64,000 bases of DNA. Source: Mobula hypostoma (lineage: Eukaryota). Positions 38,456 through 52,390 of this stretch are shown here, in pieces. Position 1 is the stretch's first letter, and every line of letters starts with the position of its first letter. The stretch spans positions 170,688,001 through 170,752,000 of the forward strand of contig NC_086097.1 in the NCBI RefSeq assembly GCF_963921235.1, written 5' to 3'. Position numbers and translations under genes: made by a program. Under the pieces are notes generated by a model. That model searched no databases and had not been told where the DNA came from. It saw only the letters and a program-made list of their open reading frames with translations.

Positions 38456-39804
38456 ATTCTGGGTTTAAAAGCCACTTAGAAATGTTATACTACTTGGAGT
38501 CAGTTCTACAATTTTTCATAATCCCTCAATGATGAATATTTCCTTCACTCTATTTCTCATAGAATTCTTTGTTCATAGAACACAAATTCAATTTACACAT
38601 GTTTTGTAAGTTAGTATTTTAAATCCAGATGTACCTGGATTTAAATTCTGACTTCTGTGTCATACTCTGCAGAGGAAGTGAAGCATCCTTTCACCCTGCA
38701 GGTTCAACTGCTCAGCTTTGTAATTCATCAAACAGTGATATTTGCTGGCATTTTGTATTCTGAAATCCATTCATATCTTGTCATAATCTTTGTATAAAAG
38801 AACAGCAAATCTGTTAATCGTATGGTTTTCTGACTGAAAGGAAAAGACTTAAATACCCAAACCACCTTTCAGTGCATTCCAGATGGCCTTCCATTGTGGA
38901 AGTGCATTAAGAAGGTGTTGGGCGTAGAAAAGTCGGAAATATATTAGCCAATGTTGACATAACCACCTCCCAGAAACAGCAAGGGACAATGCAGAACAGA
39001 CAAAAATAAAAGGGTTTCAAAAACAATCTGAATATAAATAAGGATGATACTTTCTGCAGCAGATATTTTGTACTTCTTGGAAACACTTTTTGTCTTCTCT
39101 AATTAACCAAAACGGAGTCTGGAGCAATCACTTTATCCCAGGAATTTGGCTTCATTTTAAATACTGGTTGACTCACCAGGAATATTTCCCAGCTGAAATG
39201 CAGTTTTAGTGTCATACGGCTGGAAGCCAGCCCACTTGGCCCACTATGTTCCCACAGACCAGAGGACAACCATCCGTATTAATAATTTTTCCAGTGCTTA
39301 GCCTGTACTTTTCTATGTCTGGTTGATTCAAAGTGCCGGTGTAGATATTCATAAATGCTGTCATAGACCTTGCTTCTACTGCTCTCTCTGGCTAAGCACT
39401 TACTGCTCTCTGGGAGAAGAGGGCATGTTTTGATCTCCAAATCTTTTACCTCTTACCTCTTACCCTCTGGTTTTATCTGATACTGGGAAAAGTTTATACC
39501 CCTGAAAAAGTTACATACTGTACCCCATCCCTTCTTAACCATTCCCAATCCAGGTTCAGTAGACTCGGCCTCTCCAAACACTTACTCCAGAGAGCAGAAG
39601 AGACTCAAAGTCTCATCCATGAAATAGCACCCATGATCAGAATCAATTTACTTGAGCTCAGTGGCACCCGACCAACACTGTCCTGTTTGTGTTGGCTGGG
39701 TTGGGTGAAAGAAGTATTTCAAGTAGTTAAGTTGGGTTTGGCTCAATACTCTTTCATCTGAAATGTATGAGCCCTGTCTTAACAGACCGTAACGTTGTGT
39801 GCCT

Positions 39805-40330
39805 GGGGTAGAATCCACTAGACAATTGTGGTTATGGCATTGGTCAGACTTGGTATGGCAACTGCTGTGCCAGAGACCCACAAGAACCCACAGAGAGTTG
39901 TGGATGCAGCTCGACACAGCATGAGAAACAACCTCCTTTCAATGAACTCTGTCTACAGTACTTGCTTCCTCGGCAGATAACATAACCAAAAAATTCCACC
40001 CATCCTAAGCATTCTCACTTGATCTCCGTCCTATGGGACAGAAGTTAGAAAAGCCTGAAAGTATGTACCACCGGGCTCAGAACCGCTTCTATTCTGCTCT
40101 TATAGGATTACTGTGTGATCAGATGGTCCCTTGACCTCTCAATCTACCTTGTTATGCCTTCCATCTTATTGTCTGCATGGACTGCACTTCCTCTGTAACT
40201 CTATATTGTGCTCTGTATTGATTTTCCCTCAACACACTGTTCTAATGAAGCAATCTGTATGGTTGGCATGCAACACAAGTTTTTCACTGCACCTTGGTGC
40301 CAGTGATAATAAAAAAGCAATTTAATTCAA
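39805..40330 (+). mobile_element. Rex1/Babar-type LINE 3' fragment
   Basis: WYGNC..RD.K..QRVVDAA remnants and 3' UTR ending in (AATTC)n. Confidence 0.7.
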
Positions 40331-41569
40331 TTCTAGAAGCCAACCCTAGTCAATATGTCCTGAAGAGACAGACCTGTCATCCCTAGGACCAGCTTGAAGA
40401 CTTTGTTCTCTGGTGCCAGACTGGAATCTCAATCTGAAATCCTGTGTTTCAGAGCTGGGACAACATTGTACAGCAAGGAAGGAGGCCATTCGACTCATCA
40501 AGGCCTTGTTAGCTCTTCGTCAAGCCCCCATCAAAAGGAACAGAAAATGTGCTGTAAAAACACAGAATTTGAAATGATCGGGGCATATTCTTTTTAGATG
40601 CAGGCTGTGTGTTTCCCGAACTATCCTAATTTACAGATTCCTGACATTTGTAGTTTTGGTTCTGATTCCTGTTCAACAAACCTTGAGTGGTTTGGTAGAG
40701 AAATGCTAGTGTTTAATGAGTTAACATCTACTAAGGTTTGAAGGTACAAAGAGAAAACTGCACTGAGGGAAAAAAGCTCTAATGCAAGAAGAATCTTCAA
40801 TCCACCTTCCTTCAAACACAGTGGTGCCTTGTCACAATAGGTGGTCCATGAGTGTTATTTCCTGAGGCACTGTCACAGGCTAACCTCTAATGAGACTGCA
40901 GTAAAGTAATGTCTGCTTATCATAACAGAAACAGATGAATATTATCTAGTCACCTTCCTTATCAGATTTGCATTCAGTGACCTTGGGATTTTTATTTCAC
41001 TTTTTGAAAATCTACACAATTAACCTTTATAGTTTTGTGAATAATTTCCAAGGAGAAGGATGACATTTTAAATAAAAGATAATTAAGGCTTTATACTTAA
41101 GCTATTGCACACATCAACATTAATTTTTGATTTAAAGATAAAATGTCTAAGTCATACTCTGCTTTGGGGGGATCTGAAAGGATATACTTTCTATTGGTGT
41201 TACTGATCACATTCTGATGGTACATTAAAAACAAGTATTTCTATTGTGTCTGAGAGTTAAAAGGATTTTCCATTCCGTCATCTATCATATTCACGGAAGA
41301 ACTCTGATGACGATTTTTATGATTCGTGATGGACCTGGTGACATTTTTACTGCACCATCAGAGAAAGTGGAGCTAGCATATAATCTCAATGGTTTATGTA
41401 GAAAACATAGGCTACTTGGGTCATCTTATTGAGGATCAATTGTGCACCCACATGGGCTTCCTCCCCACCCTTTGATCTCATCATTTCTGCCTTGGGCTCT
41501 GTCCAGATTTTTCTCAAGTTCATATACATTTTTACTTCAACTACATCTTGTGGTTGTAAGTTCCATATT

Positions 41570-42420
41570 TTGGTACTGATATTAGTTTATTACTGTCTCA
41601 TGTACAGAGCAAAGATACAGTGAAAAGCTTGTTTTGCACACTACTCATACAGATCAAATCATTGCATAGTGCATAAAGTGAAACAGTAACAATGCAGAAT
41701 AAAGAGTAAAAGCTACAGAAAAAGTGAAGTGGAATTAAACGATAAAGTGAAACGTTAAAACAAGGTACATCGTGAGGCCAGAAGTCCATTTTATCATATG
41801 AGGTCTGTTCCAGTGTCTGATAACATTGGGATAGAAGCTGACCTTGAGTTTGGTGCCTTCAGGCTTTTGTATCTACTGCCTGATGGAAGGAGGGGAAAGA
41901 GGAATTGTCTAGGTTGGGTAGGTTCTTAGATTATGCTGTCTGTTTTATGGAGGCAGTAAGAAGTATGGGCAGAGTCCATGGAAAGGAGATTTCCTTTCTA
42001 TGATGTGCAGAACTGTATCCACAACTGTCTGCAGTTTCTTGCAGTCATGTGCAGAACAGTTGCCATAAAAAAAACTGTTCTGCATCCAGGCACAATGCCT
42101 TTTATGCATTGATAAAAATTCGTAAGGATTGATGGGGACAAGGCAAATTTCTTTAGCCTCCTAAGGAAGTAAAGGTATTGGTGAGATTTCTTGGCCATGA
42201 CATCAATGTGACTGAACCAGGGCAGACTAGTGGTGATGTTCACACTTTGAAACCTGAAGCTCTCCATGCTCTCAGTCTGTTGAATAGACAGGAACAAGTG
42301 AACCATCCCCTCCCCTTTTTGAAGTCAACGATGAACTCTTTTCTTTGTTGATGATGCAGGAAAGATTGCTGTCAATTTATCTTCTTCCTTTCTCTAGTGG
42401 AAGGAGCCACAGTTTTGATG
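41570..42420 (-). mobile_element. Rex1/Babar-type LINE fragment
   Basis: ORF 41998-42306 (KKSHQYLYFLRRLKKF..LTNFY). Confidence 0.8.
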
Positions 42421-42639
42421 TCATCTGAAGCAGTATATTCTGCATTCTATCATAGTTTTTCCCATGTGCTATCTCAGTGCACTATTGGAATAAGATGATT
42501 TACATGGATGGCATGCAAAGAAAAGTTTTTTGCTATACCACAATACATGTGACAATAATAAACCAATTTACCAATTTATTAAGCCCTTGTCATCTTTGAA
42601 AGTGTCCCCATATCCGCCGAATTACAGGGTGACCGGAAA

Positions 42640-43135
42640 TTCAGAATCAGAGTCAGGTTTATTGTCACTGCCATGTGTCGTGACATTTGTTAACTTAGCA
42701 GCAGCAGTTCAATGCAATACATAATATAGAAGAAGAAGAAAAAATAATAATAATAAAAAATAAATAAGTAAATCAATTGCAGTATATGTATATTGAATAG
42801 ATTAAAAATTGTGCAATAAACAGAACTAATATATATTAAAAAAGTGAGGTAGTGTCCAAAGGTTCAATGTCCATTTAGGAATCAGATGGCAGAGGGGAAG
42901 AAGCTGTTCCTGAATCGCTGAGTGTGTGCCTTCAGGCTTCTGTATCTCCTACCTGATGGTAACAGTGAGAAAAGGGCATGCCCTGGGAATTGGATGTCCT
43001 TAATAATGGACGCTGCCTTTCTGAGACACCGCTCCTTGAAGATGTCCTGGCTACTTTGTAGGCTAGTACCCAAGATGGAGCCGACTAAATTTACGACCCT
43101 CTGCAGCTTCTTTTGGTCCTGTGCAGTAGCCCCCC
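42640..43135 (-). mobile_element. Young Rex1/Babar-type 3' fragment
   Basis: ORF 42882-43145 KKLQRVV..RCLRKAASIIKD..PGHALFSLLPSGRRYRSL..RFRNSFFPSAI; closely similar to pieces at 60109-60420 and 61770-62085. Confidence 0.9.
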
Positions 43136-43284
43136 AACTCTCCATGCCATTCCAAGTGTGGCCTGTATTATATTAGTTGAACATAACTTCTTTGCTTTCT
43201 AGTTTCATTGCTTTAAGAAATGAATTCAAACCCTTTGTTGCATTTTTAAAGCCTTATTCATTTTGTTGCTATTTGGAGTAATTT

Positions 43285-43660
43285 ATAAGACTGTGATACC
43301 CTAAGACAAGGGAGCAGAATTAGACCATTCGTCCCGTTGAGTCTTCTCTGTCTTTCAATCATGGCTGATTTATTTTCCCTCTCAATCCCATTCTCCTTTC
43401 CCCCCATCCCCACCGTAACCATTGATGCCTTTACTAATCAAGAACCTAACAACCTCTGCTTTAGGTATACCCAATGATTTAGCCAACACAGCCGTCTGTA
43501 GCAATGAATTCCACAGATTCTCCACACTCTGGCTGAAGAAATTCCTCCTCATCCCTGTTCTAAAGGGACATCCATCTGTTCTGAGGCTGTGCCCTCAGGT
43601 GCTAAACTCTACCACTGTTGAAAACATCCTCTGTCTAAGCATTTTAATATTCGGTAGGTT
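43285..43660 (-). mobile_element. CR1 3' fragment
   Basis: Homologous to 4185-4520 and 62905-63260. Confidence 0.85.
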
Positions 43661-43664
43661 TATC

Positions 43665-45294
43665 CAGTGTCTATAAAACGTACTCACACCCCTTGGAAGT
43701 TTTCATATTTTATTGCTTTACAATGTTGCATTGCAGTGGATTTCATTTGGTTTTTTGACACTGATCAACAGAAAAAGACTCTTTCATGTCAAAATAAAAA
43801 CATCTCTCTACAAGGTGATCTAAATTAATTACAAAGATACAACGCTAAATAATCGCTGCAGAAGTATTCACCCCTCTTTACTATGACACTCCAAATCATC
43901 ATTGGTGCAGGCAGTTGGTTTTAAAAGTCACATAATTAGTTAAGTGGAGGTCTGTTTTTGGAGACCTGTTTGCAGTCAAGGTGTTTCAATTGATTGTAGT
44001 AAAAATACACCTGTATCTGGAAGGTCCAATTGCTGCTAAGTCAGTATCTTGGCAAAATCTACACTATAAAGTCAAAAGAGCACTCCAAACAATTCCATGA
44101 AAAAGTTATTGAAAAGCACAAGTCAGGAGATGGAGACAAGAGAATCTCCAAGTCACTGAATATCCCTTAGAGTACAGTTAAGTCAGTCATCAAGAAATGG
44201 AAGGAATATGGTACTGCTATAGTTCTGCCTAGAGTAGGTCGTCCTCAAAACCTGAGTGACCGTGCAAGAAAGGGACTAGAGACGGAAGCCACTAAGAGAC
44301 CTATGACAACTCTGGAGGAATACAAGCTTCAGTGGCCATGATGGGAAAGACTGCACATACAACAACTATTGCCCGGGTGCTTCACCAGTCGCAGCTTTAT
44401 GGGAGAGTGGCAAAGAGAAAGCCACTGTTGAAAAAAACTCATATGAGATCTTGGCTAGAGTTTGTCATAAGGCATGTGGGACTCTGAAGTCAGCTGGAAG
44501 AAGGTTCTATGGTCTGATGGAACCAAAATTGAGCTTTTTGACCATTAGACTAAATGTTACGTTTCGTGTAAGACAAACACCGCACATTATCAAAATCACA
44601 CCATCCCTACTGGGAAGCATCGTGGTGACTGCATCATGCTGTGGAGATACTTCACTGCAGCAGGCTCTGGAAGGCTTGTGAAGGTAGAAGGTAAAATGAA
44701 TGCAGAAAGATACAGGGAAATCCTAGAGGAAAATCTGATGCAGTCTGCAAGAGAACTGGGTCTTGGGAGAAGATTTGTTTTCCAGCAAGACAATAACCCC
44801 AAGCATAAAGCCAAAGCTACACAGGAATGGCTTAGAAACAACAAAGTTAATGTCCTGGAGTGACCAAGTCAAAGTCCAGACCGCAATCCAATTGAGAATT
44901 TGTGGCTGGATTTGAAAAGGGCTGTTCACTCATGATTCCCATGCAATTTGACTGAGCTTGAGCAGTTTTCGAAAGAAGAATGGGGAAAATTGCAGTGTCA
45001 GATGTGCAAAGCTGATAGAGATCTATACACACAGACTCAAGGCTGTAATTGCTTCCAAAGGTGTATCTACTAACTGACTTGAAGGGGGTGAGTAATTATA
45101 CAATTATTTTGTGTTTTATATTTGTAATCAATTTAGGTCACTTTGTAGAGATCTTTTTTAACTTTAACATGAAAGAATCTTTTTCTGCTGATTAGTGTCA
45201 AAAAAGCCAAATTAAATCCACAGTTAGTCAACATTGTAAAATAATGAAAAAAAGCTTCGGGGTGGGGGGGGGTGAATACTTTTTATAGGCACCG
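43665..45294 (+). mobile_element. Full-length decayed Tc1-like transposon (DD34E, IR/DR-type ends)
   Basis: About 210-bp imperfect TIRs (CAGTGTCTATAAAA.. / ..TTTTATAGGCACCG) followed by TA on the right; inner and outer TATTCACCCC-like direct repeats. Confidence 0.93.
44066..45077 (+). pseudogene. Tc1 transposase pseudogene
   Basis: (M)KSKEHSKQ..ISKSLNIP*STV..GRPQ, WSDGTK, FQQDNNPKH..W*PSQSPDRNPIENLW with 34 residues between the second D and E; ATG mutated to ATA; stops and frameshifts. Confidence 0.92.
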
Positions 45295-47436
45295 TATACT
45301 TTCTGTATATCCTTCAAGGATGTGTGCAGGGATAAGGGGTTGGACAGTCATCTAAAACAAAACTATAACATGTAGTTCTTCTTATGTAGTGTTATATTTT
45401 GTAACTCCAATAGATAAAACTAATTGAAAGAAAACATAGAGCCAGGAATAACATGTGTACTCTAGTTTCATTTTCACTTCAAGTGAGTCATGCACATATG
45501 ACGTGGTGTCACTATGACATATGCCATTCACGTACTTTTGCATATAACGTGTAATGAATTATTTAAACAAAAACAATGCTTAATCAAACAATATATTTAC
45601 AGTATTACTCAAATATTACTTAAATATTAAATGCACACTTCTCCCTGCTTAACTATAAACTCCAATTCAATATAGAATGTATCTCTACTATATACTCAGT
45701 TTACTATATAATACAACAACGATATCCACATCCACAACAGAGTAAATTTTTAATTGTCCATTCAAGTCTAAAGAGTTAATTGCTGTGGGGGATTTCTTAC
45801 TGTTTGGGATAACATTTTTCTGACGTGGGGGATCACTCTGCTTAGCAAGTGAGACTTGTGACTGTGAAACAATCTCAGGCTTTCTACATAATGGTTGTAG
45901 GAGTTGACTTGGGGACTGCAGGAAGTGGTTCTGACAGCTCTGGCCACCTTTCTTATCCAGCAATTGACTTTCTTATCCAGCAATTGACTGATCAATGTGT
46001 TGTCTCCAGGTGACATCAGATGCTATCTCTCCTGTGTAGGAGCGTGGTCCTGCTCTATCTTAATCTTTCCAAGTTCCCACTTTTGATCATCTCTGTAGTC
46101 CCTCTCAAGGATTGCTTGTCCAGGAGTGAAATGGGAAACCTCCTTGTTTGAGGAGCCCTCAGTTTGACTCAGTTGTTTGCCCTGCATAGATTGGGTTGGA
46201 GGTGATCCAAGCATAAGCACAAGGAGCAAACCAGAAGCAGTATAGTTGGTGAGTTGTTGGTTGTGGACTGTGCTGCATTGTGATATGCAAGGAGGAAATT
46301 GATGAGCTTCTGATTCAGTGTCAGTGAAGTGTATTCTGCTGACATTGCTTGCAGTACGTTCTTTAGACTCTGCACAAATCTTTCTGCCAAGCAATTCGTA
46401 GTTGACGGGTATGGTGCAGATGTAATATGTCTTAATACTTTCATTTTCAGGAATGACTGAAACTGTTCCATAACAAACTGTGGTCTATTGTCACTAAGCG
46501 TTCTGGAATACCAGTCCTCGAGGAGAGGCTTCTCAACACATCAGCAGTGTGCCAACCTGTAGTGGAGGCTATTGGCAACACTTCTGGCTACTTTTAGCTG
46601 CATCCACTCCTACCAAGAAATTTGTGCCCATAAGTGGCATGTCAAAGTCCACAAGAATCCTTTGCCAGGGCAATGCAGGGTATTCCCTGATATGGAGAAG
46701 TACTGCTCTTGGCATCTTCTGAATGTGCTAGGATCTCGAACAGTGCATGGTGAGCTCCTCAATTTGCTGATCTGTCCTAGGTCACTAAACAGAGTGTCAA
46801 GCATTTTGACCACTTTGAGATGACCGGCATGTAGCCCGTCCAATGCTTTAGCTCTCAGCCTGGATGGTACAATGACTCTTAATCTCTACACAAGGCAACC
46901 TTTGCAAAGGGCAAGTTCCAAAGAGCTGGTAAAAATGGAGGAACTGGAATGTCTGCTGCATATTCTAGCCTTCTAGAGTTGCCATGAAGAGCTGAAACAG
47001 AGTGGGGTCTTTTGTGGTTTCCCTTTGGTTCATCTCTGCCATAACAGGGAGACTTTCAATTTGCATTAGGGAGAATACGTCAAAGGGTGTGTCCTCTTTT
47101 GAAAATTTTTCAAGATATTTCCTTTTCCAAGGGGTAAATGGGACAATCCATCAGAATTTCTCTTGAAGTTGATCTGTAATTGTGTCCTCTAAGAAACAGA
47201 GTCCATCTCTGCATTCATCCTGCTACTGTGAATGGAACATCCTTCTGCAGTTTGAAAATGGACACTAGTGGTTGATGATCAATAAACTCTCTCCCATTTA
47301 AGAATGGTTGAAATATTTTGCACCCTGAACCGAACTCAAGGTCTCTCTGTCAATCTGTGCATAATTTTTCTCTGCAGCGCTAGGGGAATGTGATACTAAA
47401 GCCACGGGATGTTCACTTCCATCACTCATAATATGA

Positions 47437-48910
47437 ATGAATTGAATGAATTGACTTTATTTCTTACATCCTTCACATACATGAGGAGTAAAAATCTTTA
47501 TGTTACGTCTCCATCTAAATGTGCAATGTGCTATCATAGTAATTTGTAATAATTTATAATAGATAGAACAGTCAATGTAACATAGAAATACACTCAAATC
47601 AGCGTGAATTAATCAGTTTGATGGCCTGGTGGAAGAAGCTGTCCCAAAGCCTGTTGGTACTGGCTTTTATACCAAACTTCCTCAACCGTCTGAGGTGAAA
47701 GAGGTGCTGTTGTGCCTTTTTCACCATGCATCTGGTGTGTACAGATCACGTAAGGTCCTCAGTGATGTGGATGCTGAGGAACTTAAAGCTGTTTGCCTTA
47801 CAATCCCAGATCCATTGATGTCAATGGGGGTTAGACCGTCTCCATTCCTCCTGTAGTCCACAAGCAGCTTCTTTGTTTTTGCAGCACTGAGGGAGAGATT
47901 GTTTTCTTGACACCACTGTGTCAGAGAGATGACTTCTTCCCTGTTGGCCACCTCATTATTGTTTGAGATTAGGCCAACCAATGTAGTGTTGTTGGCAAAT
48001 TTAATTAGCAGATTAGAGCTGTGGGTGGTGACGCAGTCATGGATATACAGGGAGTAAAGGAAGGGACTGAGTACACAACCCTGAGGGACTCCTGTGTTGA
48101 GGGTCAGAGGGGCAGAGTTGAGGGAGCCCACTCTTACCACCTGCTGGTGATCTGACAGGAAGTCCAGGATCTAGCTGCACAGGGCAGGGTCAAGGCCGAG
48201 GTCTCTGAGCTTCCTGTCGAGCCTGGATGGAATTATGGTGTTGAATGCTGAACTGTAGTCCAAGAACAGCATTCTCACATAAGCATCCTTCTTCTCCAGA
48301 TGTGTAAGGACAGTATGTAGAGCAGTGGCTACTGTGTTGTCTGTTGATCGATTGTGTTGGTAGGCGAACTGTAGGGGGTCCAGTTTGGGTGGTAGCAAAC
48401 TGCAGATAAAATCCTTGAAGATCCTCAAAGCATTTGGTTATTATTGAGGTGAGTGCGACAGGACGCCAGTCATTCAGGTATGTTACCTTGGTCTTTTTTG
48501 GGGCAGGGACAATGGTGGATAGTTTGAAGCAGGAGGGCACTCTACACTGAGAGAGGGAGAGATTAAAAATGTCAGTAAATGCACCTGCCAGTTGTGCTGT
48601 GCACATCCTGGGTACCCACTCTAAGTGTTGTCTGGTCCCGCAGCCTTGCGACTGTTCACTCGTTGGAAACATCTGCCGTACCTCAGCCTTGGAGATGACC
48701 AGGTTGCAAGTTGAAGAGGTGGCTTTCTTTGGAGGCTCAGAGTTAGCAACATTGAACTGAGCATAAAAGAGATCGAGCTCATCTGGGAGAGAGGCTGCGC
48801 TGTTGGCGGCACCACAATGTTTGGCTTTGAAGTCAGTGATGGTATGCAGCCCTCACCACAAGTCACATGTGCTATTCGTTGTGAATCTTGACTCAATCTT
48901 GTCCCTGTAT
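47437..48910 (-). mobile_element. Rex1/Babar-type LINE inserted in Gypsy pol
   Basis: KAAGPD, LNDWRPVALTS, LDPLQFAY, LFLDYSSAFNTI, NTGVPQGCVLSP, KTK.L.VDYRR motifs; (TGAAT)n tail. Confidence 0.92.
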
Positions 48911-50236
48911 TGTGACATGACTACACCTATACCATAAGGTGAGGCATCACAGGCAAGCTTCAGTGGATCATAATGTCTGAGTACAGTGTCAGAGGTCCTT
49001 TACCTTTTGGAAAGTCACCTCACGCCGTTTCGTCTATTGCCATTTCTTCCCAATCTGTTAAAAGGCTGGAGCGCAGCAGCCAGGTTTGTCAGCAACCTGT
49101 TACAGTAATTGACATGTCCTAAAAAGGAGCGTCACTGTGACACATCCTTTTGCCTTGGGGCATCCATCACTGTTTGAATTTTCTCAGCACACTTGTGTAA
49201 TCCTTGGGTGTCAATAGTGTGACCACAGTAGGTGATGTAAGCTTAAAAAACCCCACTTGTTGCAACGTGCACTGAGCCCATAATCTTCTAATCTTTTTAA
49301 CACAGTCTGGAGTTTTTGAACATGTTCCTTGCCAGCCTTGTGTGTAACAGTGATCCAGATAACACTGGGTGCCTGGACAGTCTTGTAGCTCCTGTTTCAT
49401 AGCTTTCTGCCAGACTGCAGGTGTGGAAGCTTCTCCAACAATAAGCTGGACTCTTCTTTCATCTCCATCTGGAGGTAGGCCTCAGCTGAATCCACTTTGC
49501 AGAAATGTTTCCTTCCAGAAAGGTTCACAGGATATCCACAATCCTGGGCAGCGGGTATTGATCTACTTTCAGTACTGGGTTGATGGTGACCTTAAAATCA
49601 CCACAGATCCTTTCTTCTTGGCTACTGGGACCACTGGCTTTTCCCATGGGCTCCACTCAACTTAAAGAAGTCTTTCAGCCTCCATGCAATGGGTACTTTA
49701 TTATAAGCTACCGGATGGACTTAGTAAAACTTGTGCTTGCCAGTTTCATTTAACACTATTTTACCCTTGATATGTTTGAGCTTAACAATGCCATCCTTGA
49801 ACACTGCTGTGGCATCATCCAGTGCCCTTCTTAATTGACTCTATTGCAGGAGATATGGAATGAAAATGGTAGATGCATCTGCAATCAAGTTGTAGCTGTT
49901 TCAGCCTATCACAGCCCCACAATGCTGGCCCTCGCTGCTTTTACCACATACAAGCCTAATGTGGCCTGTACATTGTTGTATTTCACTGTTACAGATGTCA
50001 TTCCCATAGGAGTTATTTTTTTCTCCAGTGTAAGTTGTTGGTTGGATACCTGCAGGCTTCACTGCAGTATCTATGAAATACTGTTCAAACTCATTTTGTG
50101 GAATGACTGAAACAGCTGAGCCAGTGTCCAATTCTATTTTAATTAATTTGCCGCTCACTTCTGGCATAAGTCATATTGCTTGCCTATTGTTAGTTTTCAC
50201 ATGTAAATCTCAAGGTTACCTAGTCCTGTGCAACTC

Positions 50237-52390
50237 AAAAAATAATTCAAAAATAAATTTATTATCGAAGTACATACTGCATACGTCACCACATATAACC
50301 CTTAGATTAATTTTCTTTTGACATACTCTACAACTCCATTGAACTATAGCCATTACAGAATCAATGAAAGACCACACCAACTTGGGCATTTAACTGGTGT
50401 GCAAAAGACAACAAACTGTGCAAATAAAAAAGAAAGAAATAATAATAATAATGATAATAATAAATAAAGAAGCAATAAATATCGAGAACATGAGATGAAA
50501 AACCCTTTAAAGTGAGTCCATAGGTTGTGAGAACATTTCAATGATGGGGCAAGTGAAATTAGTCTCTTTGTTTCAAGAGCCTGATGGTTGAGGGGTAGTA
50601 ACTGTTCCTGAACTGGGTGGTGTGAGTCCTGAGACTCCTGCACCTTCTTCCTGATGGCAGCAGTGAGAAGAGAGCATGTTCTTGCTGCTGGGGTTCCCTG
50701 ATGATGGATGCTGCTTTGTTGCCATAGCATTTCATGCAGATATACTCAGTGGTGGGGAGGACTTTACGTGTAATGAACTGGGCCGGCCGTGTCCTCTACT
50801 TTTTGTAGGATTTTCGGTTCAAAGGCATTGGTGATACAGCCAGTCAATATCTCTCCACTACACACCTATAGAAGTTTGTCCAAATTTAAGATGTCATGCC
50901 AAATCTTCGTGAACTCCTAAGGAAGTAGAGACATTACTGTGCTTTCTTTGTAATTGCACTTAAGTGCTGTGGACAGGACAGGTCCTCTGAAATAATGGTT
51001 ACTGACACTCTCCACCTCCGATCCTATGATGAGGACTGGCTCATGGACCTCTGATTTCCTTCTCCTGAAGTCAATAATCAACTCCTTGGTCCTGTTGACA
51101 TTGAGTAAAAGGTTGTTGTTATGGCACCACTCAACCACATTTTCAATTTCACGTGGACTGACCAAGTCACCAACAATGAGGTCCTGGCCTGCGCCCAGAT
51201 ACCCAGCCTCTTCACCCCGCTCCAACAATGCTGTCTCTGCTGGCAGGGCCACGTACACCGCATGTCAGACGGGAGGATCCCAAAAGACCTGCTGTACAGG
51301 GAACTGGTCTCCGGCAAGAGAGCACAAGGGTGGCCCCATCTTTGTTACAAAGACGTTTGCAAGAGAGACATGAAGTCACTGAAAATGAATGTCGAGAGGT
51401 GGGAGGATATCGCGGGGACATCACAAGCGATTGCTCTCACTGGAGGCTGGAACTACGCAGAGGTCTAATAAGAGAAGAAGAGAAGCTGAGGCTTGCTGCT
51501 GAAGAAAATCGCACTTGTTGGAAAAACAGCACCAAGACAACACTGGAGGACAGTGCCTTCAAGTGCAGTCACTGCAGTCGAGACTGTCACTCCCGTGTGG
51601 GCCTCTACAGCCACAACAGACACTGCTCTAACACAGACTGAAGCAAGACTTTCCAGGTGCAGATCCATGGTCTCGCGAGACTAACAGATGCCACCTCCAC
51701 AAGAGGTTGTTGTTATGGCACCACTTAACCACATTTTCAATTTCTCTTGTACCTGCTGATTCATCACTGCATTTGATTCGGTCTATGTCAGTGGTATCAT
51801 CAGCAAACTTGAATGTGGCATTGGAACTGTGCTTAGCCACACAGTTGAAAGTGTACAGCAAATTGAGCAGAGGGCTAAACATACAGTGTTTTGGTGCACC
51901 TGTGCTTATGGAGATCATGGAGGAGATGTTATGGCCAACCTGAACTGAGAGGGGTCTGCAAGTGAGGAAATCAAGGACTCAGTTGCACAAGGAGGTATTG
52001 AGGTCAAGGTCTTGGAGCTTATTGATTAGTTTTGAGGGGGTGATGGTATTGACTGCTGAGCTGTTGTTAATAAAGATTCTCCTGATGTATCCATCATGTT
52101 GCAGGGTTAAGTGAAGAGCCACTGAGATGGAATCTGCTGTGGACCTGTTGCTCCAGTAGGCAGATTGGAGCAGATATAGGTTGCTTTTCAGACAGGAGTT
52201 GATGTGTTTCATCACCAGCCTCCCAAACTCCTCATCACTGTGGATGTAAGTGCTGCTAAATGACTCACTGAGGCATGTCACCACATTCTTCTAAGGCACC
52301 GGCATAACTGAAGCTTGCTTGGAGCAGGTGGGTACCTCAGACTGCCAAAGTGAGAGTTTAAAGATTTCAGTGAACACTCCAGCCAGATAA
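50237..52390 (-). mobile_element. Rex1/Babar-type LINE inserted between Gypsy gag and protease
   Basis: KFADDTT, WCHNNNLLLNVNRTKELIIDFRR, SSAVNTI.PSKL motifs; AT-rich 3' UTR. Confidence 0.92.
51151..51700 (+). mobile_element. RTE-clade LINE 3' fragment with 44-bp TSD
   Basis: W.DQVTNNEVL..GHVHRMSDGRIPKDLLY.EL..YKDVCKRDMK and C2H2 finger CSHCSRDCHSRVGLYSHNRH; direct repeat 51107-51150 / 51701-51744. Confidence 0.9.
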
